From Desulfarculaceae bacterium (GTDB lineage: Bacteria; Desulfobacterota; Desulfocorpusculales; Desulfocorpusculum): DNA of 64,000 nt. The translations under genes and the position numbers were made by a program. The notes below the pieces were generated by a model. That model was given only the letters and a program-made list of their open reading frames with translations, ran no database searches and was not told the DNA's origin. Positions 50,556 to 59,850 of the stretch are shown here, one piece after another (position 1 is the stretch's first letter; the number at the start of each line of letters is the position of its first letter). The stretch is from the NCBI GenBank assembly GCA_037443445.1, contig JBBIOJ010000003.1:11816-75815 (forward strand), read 5' to 3'.

Positions 50556-51539
50556 TTGAGGAAGGAGGGCGGAGAAATGAGGAGGGCTTTGTGCTTCATG
50601 GCTTTTCTATCCCTGCTTCTTGGTTTGGGAGGGATTGCTGGGGCGGATTACCCAGAGCGGGCCATCGAGATCCTGGTACCCTTTGGTGCCGGGGGGGGCA
50701 GCGACACTGCCGCAAGGGCACTCGTAGAAGGGATCAAGCCCCAACTGAAGTACGGGGTCGTGGTGACCAACATGCCTGGAGGGGGCGCCACAAAGGGCAT
50801 GCTCCACGTTTCCCAGCAGCCTCCCGACGGATACACGGTCCTTGCAGTCACCACTTCCCACCTCATAGACGCGGCCAACCCCAAGACCCGCGCCCACATC
50901 CTAAGGGACTTTGATCCCTTGTGCCGAATCCAGTGGGACACCTCTTCGGTGACCATAGCCGGGAATTCCAAGTTCAAGAGCTTTGCGGATCTGGTGGAAT
51001 TCGGCAGGAAGAACCCCAAGGCCTTGAAGTTCGCGGGCACTTCCCCTGGGGGCTGGTCCGAGATACAGACGGTGGCCTTCTTCAAGAAGGCCGGGGTGGA
51101 GGTCACTTTCGTACCTTTTGACTCAGGCGCCGAGATCAAGGCGGCCATACTGGGAGGGCACATAACCGGGGCCGTGGAAGAGCTGGCCGAGACCCTCCCC
51201 CTGATACAGGCCGGAAAGCTCAAGTCACTGTGCGTGATAATGGAGAAGCGCCACCCAGCTCTTCCGGATGTGCCCTGCTCCAAGGAGCTGGGGATAGATT
51301 ACACCCACGGCCTGATGCGTGCCTGGGCAGTCAAGAAGGGGACCCCGCCGGAGCGTCAGGCCTTTCTCCTGGATGTAATAAAGAAGGCCCTGGAACATCC
51401 CATGTACCTCAAGTTTGTGAAGGATAACCACCTGGATGCGAGGCCCGGGTTTCTGGGTCCCGAAGAGACGAGGAAGTACTGGGAGGAGCAGGTGGCCTTT
51501 TTTACGGGAGTTCTAAAAGAACTGGGATACATCAAGTAG
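50556..51539 (+). CDS. tctC: Tripartite tricarboxylate transporter substrate-binding protein TctC (Bug family)
   Basis: Signal peptide, YPERAIEILVPFGAGGGSD, and Bug/TctC fold blocks. 327 aa. Confidence 0.85.
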   Translation: MRKEGGEMRRALCFMAFLSLLLGLGGIAGADYPERAIEILVPFGAGGGSDTAARALVEGIKPQLKYGVVVTNMPGGGATKGMLHVSQQPPDGYTVLAVTTSHLIDAANPKTRAHILRDFDPLCRIQWDTSSVTIAGNSKFKSFADLVEFGRKNPKALKFAGTSPGGWSEIQTVAFFKKAGVEVTFVPFDSGAEIKAAILGGHITGAVEELAETLPLIQAGKLKSLCVIMEKRHPALPDVPCSKELGIDYTHGLMRAWAVKKGTPPERQAFLLDVIKKALEHPMYLKFVKDNHLDARPGFLGPEETRKYWEEQVAFFTGVLKELGYIK

Positions 51540-51580
51540 GCTCGCACAAGAGCTGTCTCGGGCCCCAAGCGTTTCTCAGA

Positions 51581-52087
51581 ATGAAAAGAAAAGAAACCGT
51601 TTTCTTCGGGGTCTGTCTGGCCTTTTTCGGCTTCATGTTGTATGAGGCCTTGGGGCAGATAGGCCGTGGCCGGGCAGGCGAAGTGGGAAGCGGATTCTGG
51701 CCGCTTCTGACCCTAAGTGGTTGTGCCCTGCTAAGCGGGGTGCGCTTCATCTACTGCCTCAGGCGGGAGGGCCGCGAAAGCTCGAGCCTCCCAAGGGAGG
51801 AAGAGCAAGCCTCAGAAAGGCCTCAGGTGAGGCAAAATGCGGTCCTTTTCACCATGGCCTCCTTCCTGGCCTATCTTATCGCCATCCCATGGATCGGCTT
51901 CATATTGGCCACCCTTCTGTTCGTCCCTGCTGTGAGCGTTTCCCTAGGCGAGAGGCGCTGGGGGGTGCTGGCAGTCTCACCTTTTGTGCTGACCGCCGTC
52001 ATAGTGGCGGTGTTCGCCAAGTTCATCACCATACCTTTCCCCAGGGGGGCGGGGCTGTTTGCCGACTTCAGCAGGCTTTTCTATTGA
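51581..52087 (+). CDS. tctB: Tripartite tricarboxylate transporter small membrane subunit TctB
   Basis: 4-TM small protein between tctC and tctA. 168 aa. Confidence 0.7.
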   Translation: MKRKETVFFGVCLAFFGFMLYEALGQIGRGRAGEVGSGFWPLLTLSGCALLSGVRFIYCLRREGRESSSLPREEEQASERPQVRQNAVLFTMASFLAYLIAIPWIGFILATLLFVPAVSVSLGERRWGVLAVSPFVLTAVIVAVFAKFITIPFPRGAGLFADFSRLFY

Positions 52088-52102
52088 GGGGAACTTTGAC
52101 CC

Positions 52103-53593
52103 ATGGAGCATTATCTGCAAGCTTTGGCAACGGTCTTGCAGCCCCAGAATCTAACGGCCATGGTGCTTGGCTCTCTTTGGGGACTCCTGGCCGGGGCACT
52201 TCCCGGGATAAGCACCTCCATGGGAGTGGTACTCCTTCTCTCCTTTACTTACACCTTGGCGCCCATGACTGCCTTCGTACTTCTGGTAGGGGCATACCTG
52301 GGGGGCATCACAGGCGGGTCCATCACCTCCATACTGTTCGGAATTCCGGGAGAGCCCTCCTCTGTGCCCACGGTGATAGAGGGCCATGCCCTGGCCAAGC
52401 AGGGCAAAGCCACCTACGCCATGTGGGTATACCTTCTTTGCTCTATTTTCGGGGGGCTCTTCAGCGTGGTGGTCATGATTCTGGCTACACCCCTCATAGC
52501 CGATTTCGCCCTTCGCTTCGGGCCCTCTGAATACTTCGCCCTGACCGTCTTGGGGCTAAGCGTGGTATCGGGTCTCTCTGGGGGTTCCATGCTCAAGGGC
52601 TTCATATCCTGTTTTTTCGGGCTTTTTCTGGCAACAGTGGGCACGGACGGTATCACCGGCGAGGAGCGCTTCACCTTCAACACAGTAACGCTTCTTGGAG
52701 GCATCAACTTCGTGGTGGCCATGGTGGGGCTGCTGGCGGTCTCGGAGATATTCATTGAGGCAGGAGAACTGTTCCAGGAATACAAGGGCAGCGTTGAATA
52801 CCGGGGCCTGCTCAAGGAGCTTCCTCCGCTATCTCTTTTTAGGCAGTATCTCTTGACCATGATCCGCTCCCCCATCATAGGCACCATCGTGGGGGCATTG
52901 CCCGGGGCCGGAGCCACCATCGCGGCATTTCTTTCATACGGGGAGGCCGCCCGCACAGCCAAGAGAGAGCCCGAGAAGTTCGGAAAGGGCGCGGTGGAGG
53001 GTCTCATGGCCGCCGAGTGCGCCAATAACGCCTCTACGGGCGGTTCCATGACCATCCTGCTTTCCCTGGGAATCCCCGGGAGCAACACCACGGCCATGCT
53101 TGTGGCCGCATTTATGATCCACGGCATGCAGCCGGGGCCCCTTCTGCTTTCCACCAGGCCAGAGGTGGTATATGGGATCTTCGTGAGTATGCTGCTCACC
53201 AACCTGCTTCTCTTGGTGCTGGTAGGGGTGAGTATAAGGCTTTTCCTGGAGTTGAACAGACTGCCTTACTCCGTCTTCTCGGCGGCTATACTGATTCTGT
53301 GTGTGATCGGGGCCTACGGACTGAATAACAGCGTGGACGATGTCTTCTTGATGTTTCTATTCTCCATGGTCGGCTATTTCATGCGCAAGTTCGGGGTGCC
53401 TGTGGCACCCTGCATCCTGGGGCTCGTGCTGGGGGATCTGGCGGAACTCTCCTTTCGAAGGGCGCTTCTTATAGCCGACGGAAGCCCTTTGGGTCTGGTG
53501 AGCAGTCCCATAAGCAGCCTGCTGCTGGCAGGAGCTCTGTTTTCCATCCTTTATCCCTTCTTCAAGAGACCGAAGATGATCAGCGGGGCCTGA
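52103..53593 (+). CDS. tctA: Tripartite tricarboxylate transporter permease TctA
   Basis: ~500-aa polytopic permease with TctA-family conserved GxPGxxS motifs (GIPGEPSS; GIPGSNTT). Confidence 0.85.
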   Translation: MEHYLQALATVLQPQNLTAMVLGSLWGLLAGALPGISTSMGVVLLLSFTYTLAPMTAFVLLVGAYLGGITGGSITSILFGIPGEPSSVPTVIEGHALAKQGKATYAMWVYLLCSIFGGLFSVVVMILATPLIADFALRFGPSEYFALTVLGLSVVSGLSGGSMLKGFISCFFGLFLATVGTDGITGEERFTFNTVTLLGGINFVVAMVGLLAVSEIFIEAGELFQEYKGSVEYRGLLKELPPLSLFRQYLLTMIRSPIIGTIVGALPGAGATIAAFLSYGEAARTAKREPEKFGKGAVEGLMAAECANNASTGGSMTILLSLGIPGSNTTAMLVAAFMIHGMQPGPLLLSTRPEVVYGIFVSMLLTNLLLLVLVGVSIRLFLELNRLPYSVFSAAILILCVIGAYGLNNSVDDVFLMFLFSMVGYFMRKFGVPVAPCILGLVLGDLAELSFRRALLIADGSPLGLVSSPISSLLLAGALFSILYPFFKRPKMISGA

Positions 53594-54749
53594 CACCGGG
53601 GATCCTTGTCTCGGGCACAAGCACCCAACCTTCCATTAAGCGACGTGCAGTCCTTCCCAAACGGGCTTCAAGGTAGTCGCGGCGGCCTTCTTTTTCTTTC
53701 ATCAGAGCTTCTATTTCCATCCTCCCGGAGGGATGTCCTAATATTATCTTGCCTGCCGTCTCCCTCCTTTTCCCAAGCACCTGGTGGACCACACTGCCCT
53801 CAGTCATAGCCGCCGCGGCCGTGCATATTGCCCCTGTGACGGCATATGCGCGGTGAAGATTTCCCATGGACATCATCCTCGCCAGAAGGTGGATGGATTG
53901 TCTCCTGACTGTGCTCCCGAGAAGGGTCCTGTATGTCTTAGGAGCTGCAATCAAGGCTATCTTGGGCACTGCTTGGCTTCTATGGCTGGCCTCACTTCGG
54001 CCCTTTGCAAAGCCAAGCCTCACGGCGGCCTCAGCTCGTATGGCTTCAAGCTTGCCCTTGAGTTCTTCATTGCCATCAATCTCTTCTATCTCGGTCCCCT
54101 GCAGTCCTAGATCCACAGCCCTCACAAAGACCACAGGATTGCCCGCATCCAGGATGGACAGATCCAGCTTGCCAACGCCGTCCACCTTCCAGGTGTCCAG
54201 CGCGTTTCCCGTAGGAAGCAGCTTGCCCGTCACAGAGCCCCCAGGATCAAGAAATCTAAGGTTTATTTTTGAGCCGGTGCCAGGCACACCATCGATTGAG
54301 TAGTTTCCTATGGGATTGTACTTTCCTCCCTGCACAGGAACCTCTGCCAGGATGGTTTTTCCGGTGTTCAGCTGAAGGATGCGCACCGTTGTGACTGGCT
54401 CACGCACCTCCAGGATTCCCTCGTCTATGGCGAAGGGCCCCACGGCCGAAGAGAGGTTCCCGCAGTTTCCTTTGAAGCTTACAAGCGGCCTGTCGATGGA
54501 AACCTGGCCAAAGAGGTATTCCACGTCGTGGTCGGGGCTCTTAGCGGTCCTGATTATGGCCACCTTGCTTGTGACAGAAGTGCCTCCTCCCATTCCATCC
54601 AACTGCCTGCCGCTTGGATCTGGGCTGCCGTATGCTGCCAGAATCAACGCGTCCCGGCTGGCCGCATCCTGGGGGAGATCCTTTTCGTGGAAAAACAGCC
54701 CCTTGCTGGTTCCCCCTCTCATTAACACTGCTGGTATTCTCATCTGCAT
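53580..54749 (-). CDS. prpF: PrpF/AcnD-accessory family isomerase (2-methylaconitate / aconitate cis-trans isomerase-like)
   Basis: MRIPAVLMRGGTSKG N-terminal signature and family-wide similarity. Start taken at MQMRIP. Confidence 0.8.
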   Translation of the reverse strand: MQMRIPAVLMRGGTSKGLFFHEKDLPQDAASRDALILAAYGSPDPSGRQLDGMGGGTSVTSKVAIIRTAKSPDHDVEYLFGQVSIDRPLVSFKGNCGNLSSAVGPFAIDEGILEVREPVTTVRILQLNTGKTILAEVPVQGGKYNPIGNYSIDGVPGTGSKINLRFLDPGGSVTGKLLPTGNALDTWKVDGVGKLDLSILDAGNPVVFVRAVDLGLQGTEIEEIDGNEELKGKLEAIRAEAAVRLGFAKGRSEASHRSQAVPKIALIAAPKTYRTLLGSTVRRQSIHLLARMMSMGNLHRAYAVTGAICTAAAAMTEGSVVHQVLGKRRETAGKIILGHPSGRMEIEALMKEKEGRRDYLEARLGRTARRLMEGWVLVPETRIPGVRPR

Positions 54750-54903
54750 GGATCCAGACCTCCCTTTCCCTGGGAGCTTGCCAGATGGCATCCCCTTCCC
54801 GGAGTCTGCCCCGGCCACCCGGCTCTTCAGGGCCCGGAGGGTTCGCCAAGGCTGTGCGATCCTGTCCGCTGGAAGGGCCGGGCCAGTATCTTATTGCAAT
54901 TTT

Positions 54904-55515
54904 TCAGCGCCGGGCAGGGGCAGGAGGCTTGGTGATGAAGGTGAGGCAACCTGACAGGAGCAGGAGCGCTCCAGCCATGGCAAAGGCCAGATCAAACCTT
55001 CCTGTGGCATCGAAGACCCTGCCCGACACATAGGGCAGAATCAATCCCCCCGCTCCCCAGGCGGTGAAAACCAGCCCGTAGTTCACACCGAAGTTCCTCA
55101 AACCGAACCAGTCCTTGGTCACCGATGGGAATACAGATAGATTGGCCCCGTAGTTGAACCCCAGGAGCATGGAGATGAGGATGAAAAGCCCCCAGTTGCT
55201 GATGAACTTGAGCAAAAACATGAGCACAGCTTGGAACAGGAACACAAGGAGCATGGTTCTTGTTCGACCTATTTTGTCCGAGAGAAAGCCTGCCACTATC
55301 CTGCCCGAGGCGTTCCCCACGGCCAGCAAGGCAACCAGCACGAATCCAGCCTTTATCTCTGCCTGCACCTGGCAGATCTTGGCCAGTTTCCCTATGATCA
55401 TGAGCCCGGCCCCGGCCAGAACCACGCTCCAACCAGATCCCCCCAGGCCCATGCCCATGACACCTCCCCAGGGCCAACCGGACCCAGCCCTTTTCTGGGG
55501 CGCCAAGCCCCACAC
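54904..55515 (-). pseudogene. C-terminal half (6 TM) of an MFS transporter (OFA-like); probable gene remnant
   Basis: 203-aa ORF with six predicted TM helices resembling the second half of MFS permeases. Begins 46 nt after the acs stop, leaving no room for an N-terminal half. Confidence 0.45.
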
Positions 55516-55561
55516 GCTGAGAAACTCAGCTCTCTCTCAATGGAATCGGGCCCTTTCTGGC

Positions 55562-57538
55562 TCACAGCCTCCCTGTCACCAGCCTCTCCACCACTGTGGG
55601 GTCTGCCAGGGTGCTCGTGTCCCCCAGCTCTGATATGGCCCCCTCGGCGATCTTCCTTAAGATCCTCCTCATGATCTTGCCGCTCCTGGTCTTGGGAAGG
55701 GCATCTGCGAAGTGGAGCTTGTCAGGGGTGGCTATGGGGCCTATCTCCTTCCTCACGTGCTGGACCAGCTCCTTTCTCAGCTCCTCCGTGGGCTCCACCC
55801 CCTGCTTGAGGGTCACGAAGGCGTAAATCCCCTGCCCCTTTATCTCGTGGGGGTAGCCCACCACCGCAGCCTCGGCCACCTTGGGATGCGCCACCAGGGC
55901 GCTCTCTATTTCAGCCGTGCCCAGCCTGTGGCCGGAGACATTCAGCACGTCATCCACCCTTCCCATGAGCCAGAAATACCCGTCCTCGTCCCTCCTGGCC
56001 CCGTCCCCTGTGAAGTACATGCCTGGATACTGGACGAAATAGGTCTGTTTGAACCTATCTGGATCCCCGTACACTCCCCTCATGAGCCCTGGCCAGGGCC
56101 TTCGGATCATCAGGTAACCACCCTCGTTCACCTCGGCCTGGCTTCCATCTTGTCTTATGACCACAGGATCCACTCCGAAAAAGGGAAGGGTGGCGGAACC
56201 GGGTTTTTGGGGTACAGCTCCTGGCAGGGGCGTGATGAGGATGCCCCCGGTCTCGGTCTGCCACCAAGTGTCCACTATGGGGCAGCGCTCCTTGCCTATG
56301 ACCCTGTAATACCAGAGCCAGGCCTCTGGGTTTATGGGCTCGCCCACTGTGCCCAGGAGCCTCAAGGAGCTAAGGTCACGCCTTTGGGGCCATTTTTCTC
56401 CATCCCTCATCATGGCCCTTATGGCGGTGGGAGCTGTGTAAAGAGTGTTGACCCTATATCTTTCCACTATTTCCCAGAATCGGTCCGGCTCCGGGTAGTT
56501 GGGCACTCCCTCGAACATCAGGCTCGTGGCGCCGGAGGCCAGGGGTCCGTACACTATGTAGCTGTGTCCGGTGACCCAGCCTATATCAGCTGTACACCAG
56601 AAGACGTCTTCGTCCCTATGGTCGAAGACGTACTGGAAGGTGAGAGCTGCGTAAAGGAGATATCCCGCCGTGCTGTGGAGCACTCCTTTGGGTTTGCCCG
56701 TGCTGCCGCTGGTATAAAGGATGAAAAGAGGATCTTCGGCTTCCATGGACTCCGGCTCAGCACTCCCCGAGCTCTCGGAGACCAGCTCCTCCCACCAGAA
56801 ATCTCTTCCCTCCCGCATGGGAGTTTCCCTATCAACCCTGCGCACCACCACGCAATGCTTGACCCCCGAACACTCCTCCAGGGCCTGATCCGCTGTGCGC
56901 TTGCTCTCCAGGAGCCGGCCCGCCCTAAAACCGTAGTTGCTTGTGATCAGGGTCTCGGCACCTGCATCCAGTATCCTGTCCCTGAGGGATTCAGCGCTAA
57001 AGCCCCCGAAGACCACGCTGTGGATGGCACCTATGCGGGCGCAAGCCAGCATTGCAATGGGAAGCTCCGGGAGCATGGGCAGGTAGATCGAGACCCTGTC
57101 GCCTTTCTTGACCCCGAGCTTCTTGAGCACATTGGCGAAGCGGCACACCTCGTGGTGGAGCTGCTGATATGTGAGTGTCCTGGACTCCTCCAGGGGCTCC
57201 CCTTGCCAAATTATGGCTGCCTTGTTCCTGCGCCAGGTCTTCAGATGCCGGTCCAAGCAATTGTAAGAGGCATTGAGCCTGCCTCCCTGGAAATACCTCA
57301 CGAAAACAGGATCTTTGAAGCTGTAGCACTCCACTTCATCCCACTTGCGGAACCACTCCAAGTGCTTCTGGGCCATCTCCCCCCAGAACCCGGCCGGGTC
57401 CTCTATGGAGCGGCTGTACAGGCAGCGGTATTCTTCCAGACTCCTGACTCTGGCCTTTTCGGAAAACTCCGCTGGGGGCTCAAACACCCTTCTTTCCAGA
57501 TACACGGACTCGACAGCTCCTCTGGATTCCTTTGCCAT
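55562..57538 (-). CDS. acs: Acetyl-CoA synthetase (AMP-forming)
   Basis: 658 aa with AMP-binding motif ([12 protein letters not shown]), the acs-typical N-terminus, and the C-terminal Lys-containing motif (SGKIMRR). Confidence 0.9.
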   Translation of the reverse strand: MAKESRGAVESVYLERRVFEPPAEFSEKARVRSLEEYRCLYSRSIEDPAGFWGEMAQKHLEWFRKWDEVECYSFKDPVFVRYFQGGRLNASYNCLDRHLKTWRRNKAAIIWQGEPLEESRTLTYQQLHHEVCRFANVLKKLGVKKGDRVSIYLPMLPELPIAMLACARIGAIHSVVFGGFSAESLRDRILDAGAETLITSNYGFRAGRLLESKRTADQALEECSGVKHCVVVRRVDRETPMREGRDFWWEELVSESSGSAEPESMEAEDPLFILYTSGSTGKPKGVLHSTAGYLLYAALTFQYVFDHRDEDVFWCTADIGWVTGHSYIVYGPLASGATSLMFEGVPNYPEPDRFWEIVERYRVNTLYTAPTAIRAMMRDGEKWPQRRDLSSLRLLGTVGEPINPEAWLWYYRVIGKERCPIVDTWWQTETGGILITPLPGAVPQKPGSATLPFFGVDPVVIRQDGSQAEVNEGGYLMIRRPWPGLMRGVYGDPDRFKQTYFVQYPGMYFTGDGARRDEDGYFWLMGRVDDVLNVSGHRLGTAEIESALVAHPKVAEAAVVGYPHEIKGQGIYAFVTLKQGVEPTEELRKELVQHVRKEIGPIATPDKLHFADALPKTRSGKIMRRILRKIAEGAISELGDTSTLADPTVVERLVTGRL

Positions 57539-58178
57539 GGGTCTTACCTCCTTGGCCGGGATTGAGTAATGAGTCCATGCTTATCACAGGGGCTTGGAAA
57601 TGGCCAGCTCTGCCCAAGAAGGAACAAGATGCCCCGTGGTCGGTTTGGTGATGGGTTCTGGATGCTATTGTCCGTTGGGTAGGCTTCATGATAAGGGGTC
57701 GGAGGGTCGAGGTCAGGCTTAGTTGGCCACGGAGCATCCGCCCCAAGACTTCCTTGCAATCCCCTTGCCATGATCTGCCAGATGAGCCGGGTGATTCAGA
57801 AAGCCCGGCCAGAGGAGAGTCTCGAGCCCAAGCTGATGGATACCCTGAGATCTCACAGCCGGAACTCCCCCTGGGCTGCAGACCCTTGATCCCTGACTCA
57901 TGGCAAGCCCCTGGAGCATGGGGAGTCGGCTGGAAGCCCAGGGGGTTGGTGCCAGGTTTCTTTACATGATGTCAGTTCTTTTGGCTCTTCAGGCTTTGCA
58001 GGACTGAAAGCTCCAGGGGCTTCCCATCCCGGTGAGCAGACCCCCCTTGTCTGGCCTCTGTGAGTTGCAAGGACCTGCCCTGATTCCCCCACAAGAAAAG
58101 AGCAGGAGGGGGGCTGGGCAATCCACTGCCGGCGGCCTGCAAGCTGGTCTCTCCTTGCAGAGACTCTGCTCTGGCTGT

Positions 58179-58207
58179 TTGGATCTCCCCCAGGCTTGCC
58201 GTATAAT
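58179..58207 (+). promoter_or_regulatory. Putative sigma-70 promoter (TTGGAT -17 nt- TATAAT) for the Pta-N-like gene
   Basis: Perfect -10 hexamer TATAAT at 58202-58207 and a -35-like TTGGAT at 58179-58184 with 17-nt spacing, about 40 nt upstream of the GTG start and GGGGAGAGG Shine-Dalgarno sequence. Confidence 0.4.
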
Positions 58208-58246
58208 GGCGGCCGAGAGGTAAGGAAATCCTTGAGGGGAGAGGTC

Positions 58247-59317
58247 GTGAGGCTCTTGTTCATAGGTTCCACAGGGGACCATGCAGGCCAAAGCCTTGTG
58301 GCTTGGGCCATTGCCCGGAGCCTAGGAGAAAAGGGGCTGAGATTGGGTTTCCTAAAGCCCCTTTTCCCCACAGAGGATTCGGAAGGGGGTTTCCCTCTGG
58401 ATGAGGACTGCGAATTGTTCAGGCAGGTCCTGGCCTGCCAAGAACCCTTGGAAATCACCTGTCCTGTTTTCCGGGGAAAAGAGGGCTCAGGGAGGCTTTC
58501 AGCCGAGGAGGTGGCTTGCGGGATTCTCCCCGTCCTGGAGAAAAGTTGCCAGGAGAAAGATCTCGTCCTGATCATGGGCAGGAAGGAGATCTTCCTGGAC
58601 GACCCGGCTTTCCCGGTATCTGACGTGTCCCTGGCGCAGGCCCTGGAGGCCCGGTTCCTGCTTGTGACCCGTTACCTGGACATGCCGCGCACTCTTTACA
58701 GCCTGCTTTCTGTTTTCTCGCTTCTGGGCTCGAGGCTCAAGGCAGTGATAGTGAACCGAATCCCACCCCAGCAGGTGGAGCAAGTCTGCCATGGGATCCG
58801 CTCCAGGCTCCCTGGCCAGGGGGTGCCCCTGGTCATTGCCGTCCCGGAGGACCCTTTTCTTTCGGCCAGAACCCTGGCCGAGGTGGTGGAAGCCACAAGA
58901 AGCGAGTTGCTCCTGGGTCAGGAGAAGGCAGGGGAGCTGGTGGCAAGCTGGAGCATGGGGGCAAGCCACCTATTGAGGGGAGACATGGCTCTCTTCAAAA
59001 GGTTCTACAACCGAATCCTGCTGTTGGGTCCTCAGGAGCCGGATGCAGAAGAGCCTGCCCGACCTGTGGGGGTGATTCTCACTGCCGGGCGAAGGCCCCC
59101 CCCGGTTCTTCTCGAACAGGCCAGTAAAATGGAGCTCCCTTTGCTGTTGTGCTCCTTGGATACCTTTGCCACGCTGGAGCGACTGGAAAGGACACCCCCA
59201 AGACTCTCCTTGCAAAGTGAGCCAAAGGCCGAGAGGATGAGCACTTGGCTGGCTGCCGGGGGGCAGCTAAAAGAACTTTGGCCCTCCCTGGGGCTTGATC
59301 TGCCCAGGAGGGGATAA
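58247..59317 (+). CDS. Stand-alone phosphotransacetylase N-terminal-domain protein (AAA_26/BioD-like plus DRTGG domains; no Pta catalytic domain)
   Basis: VRLLFIGSTGDHAGQSLVAWAIARSL (BioD-like P-loop) and C-terminal DRTGG-like block (VGVILTAGRRPPPVLLEQASKMELPLLLCSLDTFAT). GTG start at 58247 with Shine-Dalgarno sequence; the tracked TTG start at 58196 lies inside the -10 box. Confidence 0.6.
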   Translation: MRLLFIGSTGDHAGQSLVAWAIARSLGEKGLRLGFLKPLFPTEDSEGGFPLDEDCELFRQVLACQEPLEITCPVFRGKEGSGRLSAEEVACGILPVLEKSCQEKDLVLIMGRKEIFLDDPAFPVSDVSLAQALEARFLLVTRYLDMPRTLYSLLSVFSLLGSRLKAVIVNRIPPQQVEQVCHGIRSRLPGQGVPLVIAVPEDPFLSARTLAEVVEATRSELLLGQEKAGELVASWSMGASHLLRGDMALFKRFYNRILLLGPQEPDAEEPARPVGVILTAGRRPPPVLLEQASKMELPLLLCSLDTFATLERLERTPPRLSLQSEPKAERMSTWLAAGGQLKELWPSLGLDLPRRG

Positions 59318-59484
59318 TGCTGGCCAAGATATGGATCTGACTGGATAAAAGGGAGTGGAGCTAAAAACTCTCTGCCCTTGCCAGAACACCGAAGAAGGGT
59401 TCTGAGTCTTCAAATCTTGAAGCGCCCATGGTTCTAGGGGGCAGAAGCCCCCGATGTGCCCGAACTTGGGGTGAATGGCCCTGG

Positions 59485-59850
59485 TCAGCCCAAGGCCTGG
59501 GATATGAGTGCCAGGAGGCGGTCTGGGGAGATGGGTTTTGAAAGAAAAAGATTGGCCCCTGCCTCCAGACCCCTTTCCCTGTCTTCATCCCTGCTCTTTG
59601 CCGTCAAGAAGATTATGGGAGTCTCTTTTTGGATCTCCTTTTCCCTTATCCTGCGGCAAAGCTCAAAACCGTCCATCTCGGGCATTATCACGTCCAGGAC
59701 AAGCAGGTCGAACCTTTCCTTTTCCAGCCTCTCCAGGGCCTGTGCGGGCCTGGCGCTGGTGTGGACCTCGTAGCCCTGGGGACGCAGGAGTTCCCCCAGG
59801 GCTATCAGGATCAGCTCGTCGTCGTCCACGATCAGGATTTTCTTGCTCAT
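59485..59850 (-). CDS. Single-domain response regulator (CheY-like receiver)
   Basis: [15 protein letters not shown]...DLLVLDVIMPEMDGFEL...FLTAK. Its start overlaps the HK stop (ATGA). Confidence 0.85.
   Translation of the reverse strand: MSKKILIVDDDELILIALGELLRPQGYEVHTSARPAQALERLEKERFDLLVLDVIMPEMDGFELCRRIREKEIQKETPIIFLTAKSRDEDRERGLEAGANLFLSKPISPDRLLALISQALG

Noticed and set aside
55712-57565. 617-aa plus-strand ORF
   Set aside because: Antisense to acs, with no recognisable motifs; a high-GC antisense artefact.
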